From the IMG/VR virus record IMGVR_UViG_3300020465_001196: a stretch of DNA of 64,000 nt. One strand, 5' to 3'. The position numbers were made by a program, and so were the translations under genes. Every line of letters starts with the position of its first letter. The first letter of the stretch is position 1. Under the pieces are notes generated by a model. It was not told the DNA's origin and made no database searches. It saw only the letters and a list, made by a program, of their open reading frames with translations. Origin of the DNA: a virus (Duplodnaviria > Caudoviricetes). This document shows positions 1 to 9,671 of the stretch, one piece after another.

Positions 1-1892
1 TTGTTTGACGTGTTAATATCTAAATCTTTGTTTTCTAAATCTTGCTTAATGTTATTAAGAGATTGTTGTACATTTTGAGCTGGTGCATTTTCTTTTATTA
101 CACCATGTTTAATTAATAATTTTTCTAACTGTTCTTTAATAGGCAACATATAATGATTTTTTTTACCTTTGGTCAAGTATGATAATGTTCTCCAAGTTTT
201 AAACCATTCGTCTGTACCAGGTTTTGCTGTTGATCTCATTTTTTGATTCATTGCTGTTCCTGGATGTGTTAATAAACTCATTGTTCCTGGATCATTTTGA
301 TAAGGAACTTCAGAAGGATTAATTTCACCTTTTTTAATTTTTTTTACTTTTCTTTCTTGAATTACTTTTCTAATACCTTTAGTAATTTCTATTAAATCTA
401 TTTGTTGTTGTAGTGTTAATTCTTTATTTGAACCATTCATTTTAATCAATGCTTCTTTCATACGTTTTACACGTCTCATATTTTTTGGTTGCATAATTGG
501 AGGTACTCCATCTTTGGTTACTTTAAATCCCATTTTTTTAGCTTCAATTGGAATTTGATTAACTCCAACATCTTGTGTAGTGTTTATTCCTTTAACAATT
601 TTTCCACCCCATTCTGTTAAATTGTACTGTCCTTTAAATTGTGTAAGTGCTTGTTCTACTTTTGATAATGGATCTTCATCTGCTTGATACTTAACTCCAA
701 AGCCCCCTCTATCTCTCCAACCTTGAATGTTTCTTCCTCTATCATCAATTAATATGTTTGGCGTACCATCTGGTTGTACTGCGTATGAATCTTTTCTACC
801 AACTATAATAATGTTATCTGGTTTAATAGCAAGTTCACGTTGTATCCATTTACGTTTTTGTTCTTCACTGTTTTTATGATCTCCTCTTAATGGAGATGAC
901 AATATTGAATAACTCCCATACATTGCTGTTACCATTTGTAATAGTTTGTCAGCTGTTGGAAATTTTGGTAATCTATTAAAAAAATCTGTACCTACCATTT
1001 TATTTAATGTAGGATCTGTTTTGGCTGGTGGAATATCTTTATAGTTACCTGACTTAACTCCAGCCAGTTTAGCATACTCTTCAAAAAAGTTTGCTAACAC
1101 ACCATCCATATCAACATAAACAATTGGTTTGCTTTTTGGTTCTTCATTTACACTTTCGTTGATATCATATGACTTACCTTTGTGTTTTTCATAACCACGT
1201 TTGTCTAATGCTTTTTTATCTTTATGTGTTCCAGCCGCTCCACTTTTGCGAAGTGCTTCCATGTCTCTCCAATTTGGATCACGTTTTTTAATTTCTGGGT
1301 CTTTAGGCATTTTTGGTTTTTTTGATTCGTTAACACCCATTCCTTTTCTTACTTTTGTATATAATTCTTTTTTAAGATTTTCTCCACCATCAACTGTTTG
1401 TGAAAATGAACTAAAGTCACCTGCTCTTGCAAATGCTCTTGCCTTAGTTGCTGACACACCTTGTACATCTGTTGCATCTGCATCACGTTCGCCTGAACTT
1501 ACAACTGTAAATTTATCAATACCAAATTCTTTCATATACGGTTTCATCTGAGATTCAAAATCTTGTTTACGATCTGAACCAACAACCAATGTTACTTCTC
1601 TATAATGTTTGCCTAGTTCTTCAAGTGCCTGCCAAGGATTTTTTACATTTGGATCATCAACAATATTTACTGTTGGGTACATAGCTCTCATTAATGTAAT
1701 TTTATCTTCATAGTTTAATGGATTACGTTTTGGATCTTGTGTTCTACCAGTGTAAACATAATGGTCAGCACCATTGGCTCCATTTTTAACCATGTTCAAA
1801 AGGTGTGCGTGACCTTTGGTAGGAGGATTAAACCTACCAAAAGTAAAAACTGCCTTAGTACTTTTTGGCTGTATAAGTTCATTTAGCTTCAT
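1..1892 (-). CDS. Cytidylyltransferase-like (HIGH) domain fused to a HAD 5'(3')-deoxyribonucleotidase and a further C-terminal region; runs off the window edge
   Basis: Missing from the ORF track; translated by hand from the ATG at 1892: MKLNELIQPKSTKAVFTFGRFNPPTKGHAHLL (HxGH-type), VVGSDR, then IVYVDMDGVLANF (HAD motif I) and ILIDDRGRN. The frame stays open to position 1. Confidence 0.85.
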   Translation of the reverse strand, partial: MKLNELIQPKSTKAVFTFGRFNPPTKGHAHLLNMVKNGANGADHYVYTGRTQDPKRNPLNYEDKITLMRAMYPTVNIVDDPNVKNPWQALEELGKHYREVTLVVGSDRKQDFESQMKPYMKEFGIDKFTVVSSGERDADATDVQGVSATKARAFARAGDFSSFSQTVDGGENLKKELYTKVRKGMGVNESKKPKMPKDPEIKKRDPNWRDMEALRKSGAAGTHKDKKALDKRGYEKHKGKSYDINESVNEEPKSKPIVYVDMDGVLANFFEEYAKLAGVKSGNYKDIPPAKTDPTLNKMVGTDFFNRLPKFPTADKLLQMVTAMYGSYSILSSPLRGDHKNSEEQKRKWIQRELAIKPDNIIIVGRKDSYAVQPDGTPNILIDDRGRNIQGWRDRGGFGVKYQADEDPLSKVEQALTQFKGQYNLTEWGGKIVKGINTTQDVGVNQIPIEAKKMGFKVTKDGVPPIMQPKNMRRVKRMKEALIKMNGSNKELTLQQQIDLIEITKGIRKVIQERKVKKIKKGEINPSEVPYQNDPGTMSLLTHPGTAMNQKMRSTAKPGTDEWFKTWRTLSYLTKGKKNHYMLPIKEQLEKLLIKHGVIKENAPAQNVQQSLNNIKQDLENKDLDINTSN

Positions 1893-2032
1893 CTATGTTT
1901 ACCTTGTCCATTATATTTTTTATAACTTCTTTTTTTATCTTTATTCATAGATGATTTTTTAACTTTACCACCGCCTATGCTAGTACGTTTTGGCTTATGA
2001 TCAATACTTGACTCTATACTTTTTAACGCCAT
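1889..2032 (-). CDS. Small basic conserved phage protein (47 aa)
   Basis: Manual translation MALKSIESSIDHKPKRTSIGGGKVKKSSMNKDKKRSYKKYNGQGKHR. It is coupled to both neighbours by TAATG and ATGA overlaps and resembles short K/R-rich peptides of T4-like phages ending in KKY.GQG. Confidence 0.65.
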   Translation of the reverse strand: MALKSIESSIDHKPKRTSIGGGKVKKSSMNKDKKRSYKKYNGQGKHR

Positions 2033-2415
2033 TATCGAGCTCCTCTTTTTAGATCTACATGATCGTATTCACCGTCTTCCATATTACTAATTTCTTCATC
2101 TGCTATTTGTTTTGCGGCTAAATTTCTAACTACACCAGACCATTTATGTCTAGCCATATGCCCTGCATCTTGCTTGGCAACATTATCAATTAAATATCTC
2201 CATAATTTAATTGCTAGATTATGATCGTATGTACCTTTAGCACGTTTACGCATAAGATTTATAATAATAGGAAAGTATTGTCTGTTGTATAAAGCTGGAT
2301 CGTTTTGTGCCAACATTGCTAATTCTTCAGCAGATGCTAATACATCAGTGTCGTTTGCTTGAGCAGGATCACTTTCAACTAGCTTTAAATACTCTTTAAA
2401 TGTTTTATTTGTCAT
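2032..2415 (-). CDS. Hypothetical protein
   Basis: 127-aa ORF with AAGGA SD and a TATAAATA motif upstream. Confidence 0.7.
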   Translation of the reverse strand: MTNKTFKEYLKLVESDPAQANDTDVLASAEELAMLAQNDPALYNRQYFPIIINLMRKRAKGTYDHNLAIKLWRYLIDNVAKQDAGHMARHKWSGVVRNLAAKQIADEEISNMEDGEYDHVDLKRGAR

Positions 2416-2473
2416 GACAATTCCTTAAATTATGTATATACATACATATTTATACTGTCAAGAACTATTTCAA

Positions 2474-3070
2474 TTAATATAATTTTACTGTATTTTTAAC
2501 AGGAACACCTGTTTTAGCCAGTTCACGCATAACATTTTGAACTCCAACTACTTGCCTAAATGCATCGTGTAAAGCATGGTGTTTATCTGCTTTTGGCATA
2601 TTAGGATTAATGCCTAAATCAAATAATGTCCTAGTATCACGTATATCATAGAATTTCCAACGTATTCCAAGCTCTAGACGTTTACATACTTCTTCAATTA
2701 TCATTAAATCAAAACAAGATCCATGACTCCATGGCTTTTTAATTCCAAAAGAAAACTTGTTTAATTCACGCATTGCTTCTTGTATAGTAACTCTATTACC
2801 CTCACCAAATGCTTCATCTTGTGCTTCTTTAGGCTGTGTTCCCCACCATTCAATAGTTTGCTCATTGGTAATAAGTCCAATTTTTAAACAAGAATCTAAA
2901 TCAATTCTTTTGTAATAAACTTGATTTGGTGGTAATTGATCTACAGTTATTTTACTATAATCTGCGTGTGGATCAAACTTAATAGCGGCCATAGTTACAA
3001 TAGCGGCATTGTTTGATGTAGACAGAGTTTCTAAGTCAATCATTAAATCCATAGTTGTATTATAGCACAA
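2474..3070 (-). CDS. DEDDh 3'-5' exonuclease (DexA/Rv2179c-like)
   Basis: MIDLETL (ExoI), FD (ExoII) and HHALHDA (ExoIII) motifs. The probable start is the ATG at 3052. Confidence 0.85.
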   Translation of the reverse strand: MCYNTTMDLMIDLETLSTSNNAAIVTMAAIKFDPHADYSKITVDQLPPNQVYYKRIDLDSCLKIGLITNEQTIEWWGTQPKEAQDEAFGEGNRVTIQEAMRELNKFSFGIKKPWSHGSCFDLMIIEEVCKRLELGIRWKFYDIRDTRTLFDLGINPNMPKADKHHALHDAFRQVVGVQNVMRELAKTGVPVKNTVKLY

Positions 3071-3091
3071 ATAAACTATTTGTAAAGAGTA

Positions 3092-3733
3092 TTATTCTTC
3101 TGATTTATCTTTGTATGACCACTCATCTGTGTGGCCAACTGACCATTTAGGAGTATTTTCAACTGTGTAATTTTGTGTGCAAACTTTGAAGTCTGGCATT
3201 TTGCGTTCTGGATGTACTAAACTTTGATCTGTAAAAATTGTTCTGTTGTTTGGCTGTGCCGCAAACTGGCCGTTATTTAATTTAATAAAGTTGAATGATT
3301 TGTGTTCTGGATCATGTTCTGAAAAATTTGTGTTAAGTGTGCTGTTGTCTCTGTGGCAAGTATCAAGTGTAAACATATATTCTCCCTTGTGCATCTTTTT
3401 ATCTTTACCAAAAAACTCACAATCAGCTAACATTGGTTTTTGAATTACTGTGATATCATAATCAAAACAATCCCATATTTGTAATGTGTCTAATGGAAGT
3501 TGATTATCTTTATCATAATCTTCTTTCCAAACAAATGCACTCAAAGGTAGTTTATCATATAGTGCACCATACTCTGTAAGAAGTGTTTCTATGTATAATG
3601 CTTTGCCCATTATACTTCTAATTGAAATCCAAACACCAGGAGTCAATTCTCCATGACCTTTTTGTAGATCGTAGAGATACTCTTTTTTTACATACACTTC
3701 AATTGGTGGTAGGTTATGCACTAAAAAAGCCAT
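3092..3733 (-). CDS. Conserved hypothetical phage protein
   Basis: 213-aa ORF with GGGAG SD; no catalytic motif recognised. Confidence 0.75.
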   Translation of the reverse strand: MAFLVHNLPPIEVYVKKEYLYDLQKGHGELTPGVWISIRSIMGKALYIETLLTEYGALYDKLPLSAFVWKEDYDKDNQLPLDTLQIWDCFDYDITVIQKPMLADCEFFGKDKKMHKGEYMFTLDTCHRDNSTLNTNFSEHDPEHKSFNFIKLNNGQFAAQPNNRTIFTDQSLVHPERKMPDFKVCTQNYTVENTPKWSVGHTDEWSYKDKSEE

Positions 3734-3760
3734 TTGCTCTCCCTTGTAATATAATAGTAT

Positions 3761-4450
3761 TTATTTTTTATTACTATTTTCAAAGTCATTATACCAATTT
3801 AAAAACTCATTTTGATTATCTATCCAAGTTAATTTTTCTTCATTACTTTGTGGACTTTGCCTAGACATTAAATCACCATTAATGGGCCAGTCTGATAAAT
3901 CTTCAAACCATACTTCACGTTCAATAACTTTTAATTTTTTAACTTCTTTTTTAAACATTTCATGTCGTAATTTTAAATTATCAAACCATTCTTTTTTATA
4001 ATAAAATTTGTTATCACTTAATCCATTTAAGGTAGTATTTTTGTGTTTTGAAGTTTTCCAATGTGCCCATTTACCAGTTGTCCACCCAATTCCATAACTT
4101 ATAAACTGACCTAGCACGTCTTTTCTTTTTACTACAATTACAGGACGATTTTTTATATAATCAAAAATATGTTTGCTCATCTCAGGACCAGGATGTAATT
4201 TAAATACACTTAACTTTGCTAAATCTTCTTTTATTCTTTTTTTAGTTTCTTTGTTAGCACCTTTTTTATCCATCATATCATATGGCCAAGAATCACTGTC
4301 TGGTTCAAAATATTCAAAACCATAATCTTGACCTAATGCCTGATAACCTTGTTCTTTAAACTTATTCCAATACCACGTTGTAACAAATGATGTTCCGGAC
4401 CTAGGTGTACCTAAAATAATTTTATGATCTGGTTTGATCCATTTTATCAT
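3761..4450 (-). CDS. Sulfotransferase-like P-loop protein
   Basis: N-terminal ILGTPRSGTSF (5'-phosphosulfate-binding-like), KxH and RKDV..QF.S motifs. Paralogue of 50592..51272. Confidence 0.6.
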   Translation of the reverse strand: MIKWIKPDHKIILGTPRSGTSFVTTWYWNKFKEQGYQALGQDYGFEYFEPDSDSWPYDMMDKKGANKETKKRIKEDLAKLSVFKLHPGPEMSKHIFDYIKNRPVIVVKRKDVLGQFISYGIGWTTGKWAHWKTSKHKNTTLNGLSDNKFYYKKEWFDNLKLRHEMFKKEVKKLKVIEREVWFEDLSDWPINGDLMSRQSPQSNEEKLTWIDNQNEFLNWYNDFENSNKK

Positions 4451-5115
4451 TATTTTACTCCAGAACTATTAAATGTTAAATTAATTCCTAATTTTGGTCC
4501 TGCTTTATTACTAGTACAATGTATTCTTCTATTATCAAATGCAATAAATGATCCTGGCTCTAATGGATATGCCTTACCTGATAATCCAAAAAAGTTGTAT
4601 GCTCTGCCATGATTAGAAAGATGTTCTTCATATAGACTTTTATCAATTTCTTTATCAGTTTTATTAGTGATATCATAATCATATGGTCTTCCAGGAACTC
4701 CTTTATTATGTTTAAATGGATAAACTTCATCATCTAAACACCAAGTAAGTGATGATTCAAGATAACGTTGATTAAAAATTACTAACTGCGGAACTTCATC
4801 TCCTTCATATCGCAAAGGAACGTTAACATTTATATCTGCTGGATTTGTTGTAATGTTACTGCCACTTGCATGATAATCTGTATGAGGCCAATATAAATTT
4901 TTTGCATCAGTTTGATAAAAATTATAAGCATTAAGAATTGGTTTATGTCCAATACATTGTTTAATAATATTTAAAAATTCTGGTGTTTCGACAATAGTGT
5001 GTGTTACTTTTCTCATTCCATCATCTTCTGTTTGAGAACTGTCATATATCTCAATCATTTCATCAATAAATTTTTGAGATATAACATTTTTACGAATTTG
5101 AACACCTAATAACAT
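4450..5115 (-). CDS. 2OG-Fe(II) oxygenase family protein
   Basis: HxD (WPHTD), NVPL strand and distal His in FDNRRIHC. Confidence 0.7.
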   Translation of the reverse strand: MLLGVQIRKNVISQKFIDEMIEIYDSSQTEDDGMRKVTHTIVETPEFLNIIKQCIGHKPILNAYNFYQTDAKNLYWPHTDYHASGSNITTNPADINVNVPLRYEGDEVPQLVIFNQRYLESSLTWCLDDEVYPFKHNKGVPGRPYDYDITNKTDKEIDKSLYEEHLSNHGRAYNFFGLSGKAYPLEPGSFIAFDNRRIHCTSNKAGPKLGINLTFNSSGVK

Positions 5116-5136
5116 TTTTCTTTCCTTATGATATAA

Positions 5137-6189
5137 TTATTTATTTTTACTACCAAACCGTTTTAGAATATTATTGTAAATTTTATCTTTGCTTTTTATA
5201 CTAACAATATCAGTTGGCAAACAATTTCCGTTATACTCACACACTTCTGCATTTTGTAATAAATCCCAATCTTCATTATACGCATTACCAAGTTTATGTA
5301 CATCATAACAAGCATAACCTCTAAACATAGTTCCATCAAAATCCATCGATACACTTGTATAACCTGAATTACAATAAAACTTATAATAGTTTCTTATATT
5401 ATGCACTACTGTTCTTAATTGATCAACTAGTTCATGTTTATTGCCTTCATCATCAACCCAAATAATTGCAGGTTTATGTTGATCATTATGAGCTTCTTTC
5501 ATATATTTGATCATTTCATCATCATACAAATTATCAACCATTGTATCGTTGTTATCTCTAATATGTTTTAAAACTATTGGTACACCTATTTGCCTAATAA
5601 TTTCACTTTGCTTTGCTTGTTCCCAAAACATTTCTTTTGTCATTACTAAATTTACACTTACATTAATATTATTTTCTTTAAGAAATTTTAACTTATCAAC
5701 ATAATCATTAAATTTTTTATCTGTATTAACAAATTCTTTGTGTAATGTTGTACTAATAGTAAAATCTATATCATGTTTTTTTATAATATCAACTAATTCT
5801 TTTAAAAAATCTAACTTTCTAGAAAGATTTGTAGTTACTGATATATGTGTACTAATATCATATTTTGTAGCACCTTTTATAATATCAATTATTTCAGGAT
5901 GCCATAATGGTTCACCTCCACTATATAAAAGATCTAAAATTTTTATATTTTCTGTTTTACAATGATCAACTATTTTTTGCTGTACTTTAGATAATACTTT
6001 CCAAGGAATATAATCCATTTTATCTTTTGAATTATATCCGTCCCAACAATATGAACATTTATAATTACAATAACGAATTATATTTGATGAAAATATAAAG
6101 AAAAACTTTTTGTTAAAAAAATCTCTATGACCTATTGTGTGCAACTGCTTCATCATTACCTTTACCAATCTCTTGTTTGTATGCATCAA
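5137..6189 (-). CDS. Radical SAM protein with C-terminal SPASM/twitch-like cysteines
   Basis: CNYKCSYC (CxxxCxxC), SGGEP, TTN and C-terminal CNSG..DG..F.C..C..C. The likely start is near 6156. Confidence 0.9.
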   Translation of the reverse strand: MMHTNKRLVKVMMKQLHTIGHRDFFNKKFFFIFSSNIIRYCNYKCSYCWDGYNSKDKMDYIPWKVLSKVQQKIVDHCKTENIKILDLLYSGGEPLWHPEIIDIIKGATKYDISTHISVTTNLSRKLDFLKELVDIIKKHDIDFTISTTLHKEFVNTDKKFNDYVDKLKFLKENNINVSVNLVMTKEMFWEQAKQSEIIRQIGVPIVLKHIRDNNDTMVDNLYDDEMIKYMKEAHNDQHKPAIIWVDDEGNKHELVDQLRTVVHNIRNYYKFYCNSGYTSVSMDFDGTMFRGYACYDVHKLGNAYNEDWDLLQNAEVCEYNGNCLPTDIVSIKSKDKIYNNILKRFGSKNK

Positions 6190-6526
6190 GTCCTACCTCA
6201 ATAGCATTTTTTTCTGGATCAGATAATGTACCAACCACTGGAGTAGTAGATTCAATATCAAAATCGATATTCATTACTATGTCAAGTGCTGTAAATAAAT
6301 CTTGTGTTTCGTCTGGTGTTAGATCTCTTGTGGTAGGCATATCGTATGCATGACGACCATCTTTAATATGATATAGTACGTCAGTTGGAGACTTATTAAC
6401 TCTTACATGAGCTCTTAATATTCCTTCAGGTACAACAAGCTCAACAGTTTTATATACAACTGCTACTGCTTCACTTGGTAGTTCTTGATCTACATACAAT
6501 CTTATGTGATGTTGGTATGGTCTCAT
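6125..6526 (-). CDS. Hypothetical protein
   Basis: 133-aa ORF translationally coupled to the upstream gene (ATGA overlap). Confidence 0.65.
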   Translation of the reverse strand: MRPYQHHIRLYVDQELPSEAVAVVYKTVELVVPEGILRAHVRVNKSPTDVLYHIKDGRHAYDMPTTRDLTPDETQDLFTALDIVMNIDFDIESTTPVVGTLSDPEKNAIEVGLDAYKQEIGKGNDEAVAHNRS

Positions 6527-6966
6527 TTTTTCTTGGTTCCGTTGATTATATCAATTGCTTTTTTATTAGCCAAAATTTGTGTATCTTGAACTTTGTCAAT
6601 AAGTGTTTTCATTTTTGTTGCTTTTTCTTCTTCAGTATCAACATGAAGATCTTTCTTAATAACTTTTTCTAATTTTAAGAAAGGTATTCTTTCATTTGGA
6701 ACATATCTCCAAGTATATCCTCTTTCTGAATATACTCCAAATACAGTTTGGCTTACACCAATTTTAACAATCATTGATAACTCACCATCTAGCAAAACTT
6801 CATCACCTTCTTTAAAAGCAGGATCATATTTAAATTTTAATCCTTTTGCTAATCCAGTAGCAAAATCTTTAAACCATATTGCTACTACCAAAGATATTAA
6901 AACTGCTATCCATGGTAATAGCATAGTTGATAAATCCATTGATAATGTGTTAAGATCCGGTGACAT
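6523..6966 (-). CDS. Truncated MscS-like (small mechanosensitive channel beta-domain) protein
   Basis: One TM helix followed by FKEGDEVLLDGE..IVKIG...YVPNERI, the MscS middle beta-domain pattern. Confidence 0.6.
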   Translation of the reverse strand: MSPDLNTLSMDLSTMLLPWIAVLISLVVAIWFKDFATGLAKGLKFKYDPAFKEGDEVLLDGELSMIVKIGVSQTVFGVYSERGYTWRYVPNERIPFLKLEKVIKKDLHVDTEEEKATKMKTLIDKVQDTQILANKKAIDIINGTKKK

Positions 6967-7250
6967 TAGCTAGATTTACTTCCTGTTTTTGTAGTTTCAA
7001 ATCTTACTTTTTTGCCTGATCCTGAATTTACATATAAACCAAACCAAGCCGCGCCAGCACCAACTATTACTGATACAAAGCCCGCCTGTGCATTGTTTGG
7101 ATTTTCTAATAACATAAACCAATTCATTGTTTGATAAAATACCACTGCATATAAGAATATTAACAATCTTGGAATCATTCTCCAATTGTCAAGCATTTCT
7201 GGTATTTCATACTTAATTGTATTCCACATGATAGAATCTCCTATTAACAT
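6966..7250 (-). CDS. Small two-TM membrane protein (holin-like)
   Basis: Two hydrophobic helices (WRMIPRLL..; AGFVSVIVGAGAAWFGLY) and a basic C-terminus. Confidence 0.55.
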   Translation of the reverse strand: MLIGDSIMWNTIKYEIPEMLDNWRMIPRLLIFLYAVVFYQTMNWFMLLENPNNAQAGFVSVIVGAGAAWFGLYVNSGSGKKVRFETTKTGSKSS

Positions 7251-7277
7251 TAATTTAATTATATTTATCCAGCCAAG

Positions 7278-7315
7278 AAAAAAGGTGCCAGAGTATCATT
7301 TACTTGACACCTTTT
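7278..7315 (-). terminator. Intrinsic terminator
   Basis: Minus-strand AAAAGGTGTCA...TGGCACCTTTTTT hairpin with a T run, downstream of 7339..7563. Confidence 0.6.
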
Positions 7316-7338
7316 AACTTCACGATATAATACGGAAT

Positions 7339-7563
7339 TTATTTTTTAGTAAAGATCCACCAAAGAACCCATAGAGCAACAAGGCCTACAAGCCCTTGGC
7401 TACCAATTTGATTTACAATGTTAATGATATTAGCAACTACGTCTAGGTCATAAAAACCAATTAATTTGTCGCCAAATAGTACTTGTAATACAACACCAAA
7501 TGAAATTAACGTGATTCCTACTTCAGTTAACTTCCTAACACCATTTATAACTTTATCCCACAT
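7339..7563 (-). CDS. Small membrane protein
   Basis: 74 aa with two hydrophobic segments; GGAG SD. Confidence 0.7.
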   Translation of the reverse strand: MWDKVINGVRKLTEVGITLISFGVVLQVLFGDKLIGFYDLDVVANIINIVNQIGSQGLVGLVALWVLWWIFTKK

Positions 7564-7801
7564 AAGTAATCTCCTTAATATGTAGTTGAGTTAATCAACT
7601 CGCTTTTATTTAAGGCCTAGTTATTAGATGGTTAAACACCCATTTAAATGATGTAGTGTTTGTGATAAATGTAACCTTAAACACTACTGTAGGGCCCTTA
7701 AAATAGGATTAAGACACCAATATAACGTTATTTTATCATATAAGTTATTGATATTATGTACTAAAATATGTGTATAAATTGGCCAAAGTTGACCTAGTTG
7801 A

Positions 7802-9223
7802 TTATACTGTATCTGAATCAGTTACAGAACCATATTCTGTTTCTGTAGCATCTGTATCTGTAATACTACCATAGTTAACGTTAGATACTTTCGATGTATC
7901 TGTAATAGCACCATAATCACGTTCATCACCAGTTGGAGTAGAGTGTCCAAGTTTAACCCAACTTACTCCATTGTAGCCTTCAAAATAATCTATATCAGTA
8001 TTAAACCTAATCATGCCCGTTGCTGGAGTTCCAGGTCTTTGTGCTGTAGTTCCAACTGGCATTGTAATAGCACCTGTGTTAGAATCTTTAGTTACAACAG
8101 TACCTGAATCATCTGGTAATGTAATTGTTCTATCTGCTGTTGGATCTGTAATTGCTATCGTTGTTTCATATGCATTTGATGTATCACCTTCAAACTTAAG
8201 ATTACCACCTGTACCAACATATAAACTTGTACCGTTTAATAGTTGGAATTGATCACTTCTAAATCTACCTGATATATTTTGTGAGCCAGCTTTTATAAAA
8301 GCATACTCTAGCATACCATCTTCTGAACCATCAGAAGCATCTAAAATTTTACCAGTTATTTTAGCATAGGTAATTTCTTGATCGTTATCGTTTTCCCCTT
8401 GAAATTTAATTTGACCCATGTAATCAGCATCTGCTGGGCTTGAACTATTTCTTTTTAGTGCAATAACTGGTCCTGCTGTGCTTGAATCTTCTGTAGTTGT
8501 TATTAGTAATGCATCACTAGTTGATGTAGTTGTAATTTCTGCACCTGTTGATGTAGTTTTAAATTTTTCTGTACCGTAATGATATAATTTTACTTCACCA
8601 GTTGAACCATCTGCCAAAATGTAGTTGGCTGTTCCGCCACTGCCGTCATCTGAAGTTATTTTGACATCTTTATCATTAGCATAAGTTCTGATATGTATAT
8701 CACCAGTTGTTTCGTTGATGTTTAGATCACTACCTGTGTGTTTAATATTAGCATCTTCATCAGTACCTAATTTTAATTCTGCACTATCATTAAGAGTAAT
8801 AGTTTTATTTGTAAGTGTTTGTGTAGTATCTGTACCTACTAATGTTGTCGTAGCATTTGGTATAGTAACTGTTCTATCTGCTGTTGGATCTTCAACTGTA
8901 AGTATTGTTTCATGTGCATCTGATGTAGCACCTTCAAATCTAAGAGAATTTTGTACATCAATAGTACTTGAATTTACTGTAGTTGTTGTACCTTGTACTG
9001 TTAAGTCACCAGTTACTACTAAATCTGATGCTGTTGTTATCCCTGACCATGAACCTGAAGATCTAAATTTTAGTGTACCGTTTGTTGTATCAAACCAAAC
9101 ATCGCCATTCTCTACTGAGTATGATCCAGATGGATCTGACGCACCCTGGAATAGGGTAGACCCACTTTTTCCGATCTTAAAATAAGGGTTTGAAGTCCCT
9201 TTTAAGTTATATGTTACTGCCAC
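7802..9223 (-). CDS. Tail fibre / virion structural protein
   Basis: Thr/Gly/Asp-rich; duplicated FEG.T...ET.....DPTADRT.T.P motif; GMIRFNT..YFEGYNG motif typical of marine phage fibres; GTG start. Confidence 0.7.
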   Translation of the reverse strand: MAVTYNLKGTSNPYFKIGKSGSTLFQGASDPSGSYSVENGDVWFDTTNGTLKFRSSGSWSGITTASDLVVTGDLTVQGTTTTVNSSTIDVQNSLRFEGATSDAHETILTVEDPTADRTVTIPNATTTLVGTDTTQTLTNKTITLNDSAELKLGTDEDANIKHTGSDLNINETTGDIHIRTYANDKDVKITSDDGSGGTANYILADGSTGEVKLYHYGTEKFKTTSTGAEITTTSTSDALLITTTEDSSTAGPVIALKRNSSSPADADYMGQIKFQGENDNDQEITYAKITGKILDASDGSEDGMLEYAFIKAGSQNISGRFRSDQFQLLNGTSLYVGTGGNLKFEGDTSNAYETTIAITDPTADRTITLPDDSGTVVTKDSNTGAITMPVGTTAQRPGTPATGMIRFNTDIDYFEGYNGVSWVKLGHSTPTGDERDYGAITDTSKVSNVNYGSITDTDATETEYGSVTDSDTV

Positions 9224-9336
9224 GTTACTCTCTCCATGTCAGCCCAAACAATTTTGAACCGTCCGGGCTTTAGCCCAAGTCATAGAAATATATGTACTTT
9301 TTAATATTTATGCTTTTTGGAATTATATGGGTATTT

Positions 9337-9582
9337 TTACAAGCCCAATTCGTAACGTAAACGCCATCTTTCTAACAATAATTTGTCATATTTGTCGCTG
9401 TTTCTGTATTCTGGCTCAAAAACAATATCTGCTAGTTCTTTATCTATTTGTGATAATCTTTTTGCTTTAGAATTTGGTGATAAACTACGTACTTTATTAT
9501 ATGTGTTATCTTGTGAATAATGAGATTTCCTATGATCATTAGGACGTTGCTTATGCTTTTTATACTGCTTTTTTCTAAACAT
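9337..9582 (-). CDS. Hypothetical basic protein
   Basis: 81-aa ORF filling the gap between the tRNA and the fibre gene. Confidence 0.5.
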   Translation of the reverse strand: MFRKKQYKKHKQRPNDHRKSHYSQDNTYNKVRSLSPNSKAKRLSQIDKELADIVFEPEYRNSDKYDKLLLERWRLRYELGL

Positions 9583-9595
9583 AGTTTTGTGCTTC

Positions 9596-9671
9596 TGGCT
9601 CCGCAGGCAGGACTCGAACCTGCGACCAATTGATTAACAGTCAACTGCTCTACCAACTGAGCTACTGCGGA
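9596..9671 (-). tRNA. tRNA-Asn(GTT)
   Basis: Acceptor stem TCCGCAG/CTGCGGA, D arm AGCTCAGTTGGTAGAGC, anticodon loop CTGTTAA, GGTTCGAGTCC and encoded CCA; 76 nt. Confidence 0.97.

Noticed and set aside
1201-1551. Plus-strand 116-aa ORF and similar antisense ORFs (e.g. 8715..9185, 10196..10528, 25563..25955, 54523..55068, 63152..63391)
   Set aside because: They are shadow frames of well-supported minus-strand genes and show no motifs.
7735-7770. dif-like XerCD site (…TAAGTTATTGATATTATGTACTAA)
   Set aside because: Only the TTATGT half resembles dif; the left arm and spacer do not fit.
9444-9656. 70-aa ORF MVEQLTVNQLVAGSSPA
   Set aside because: It is a translation through tRNA-Asn.
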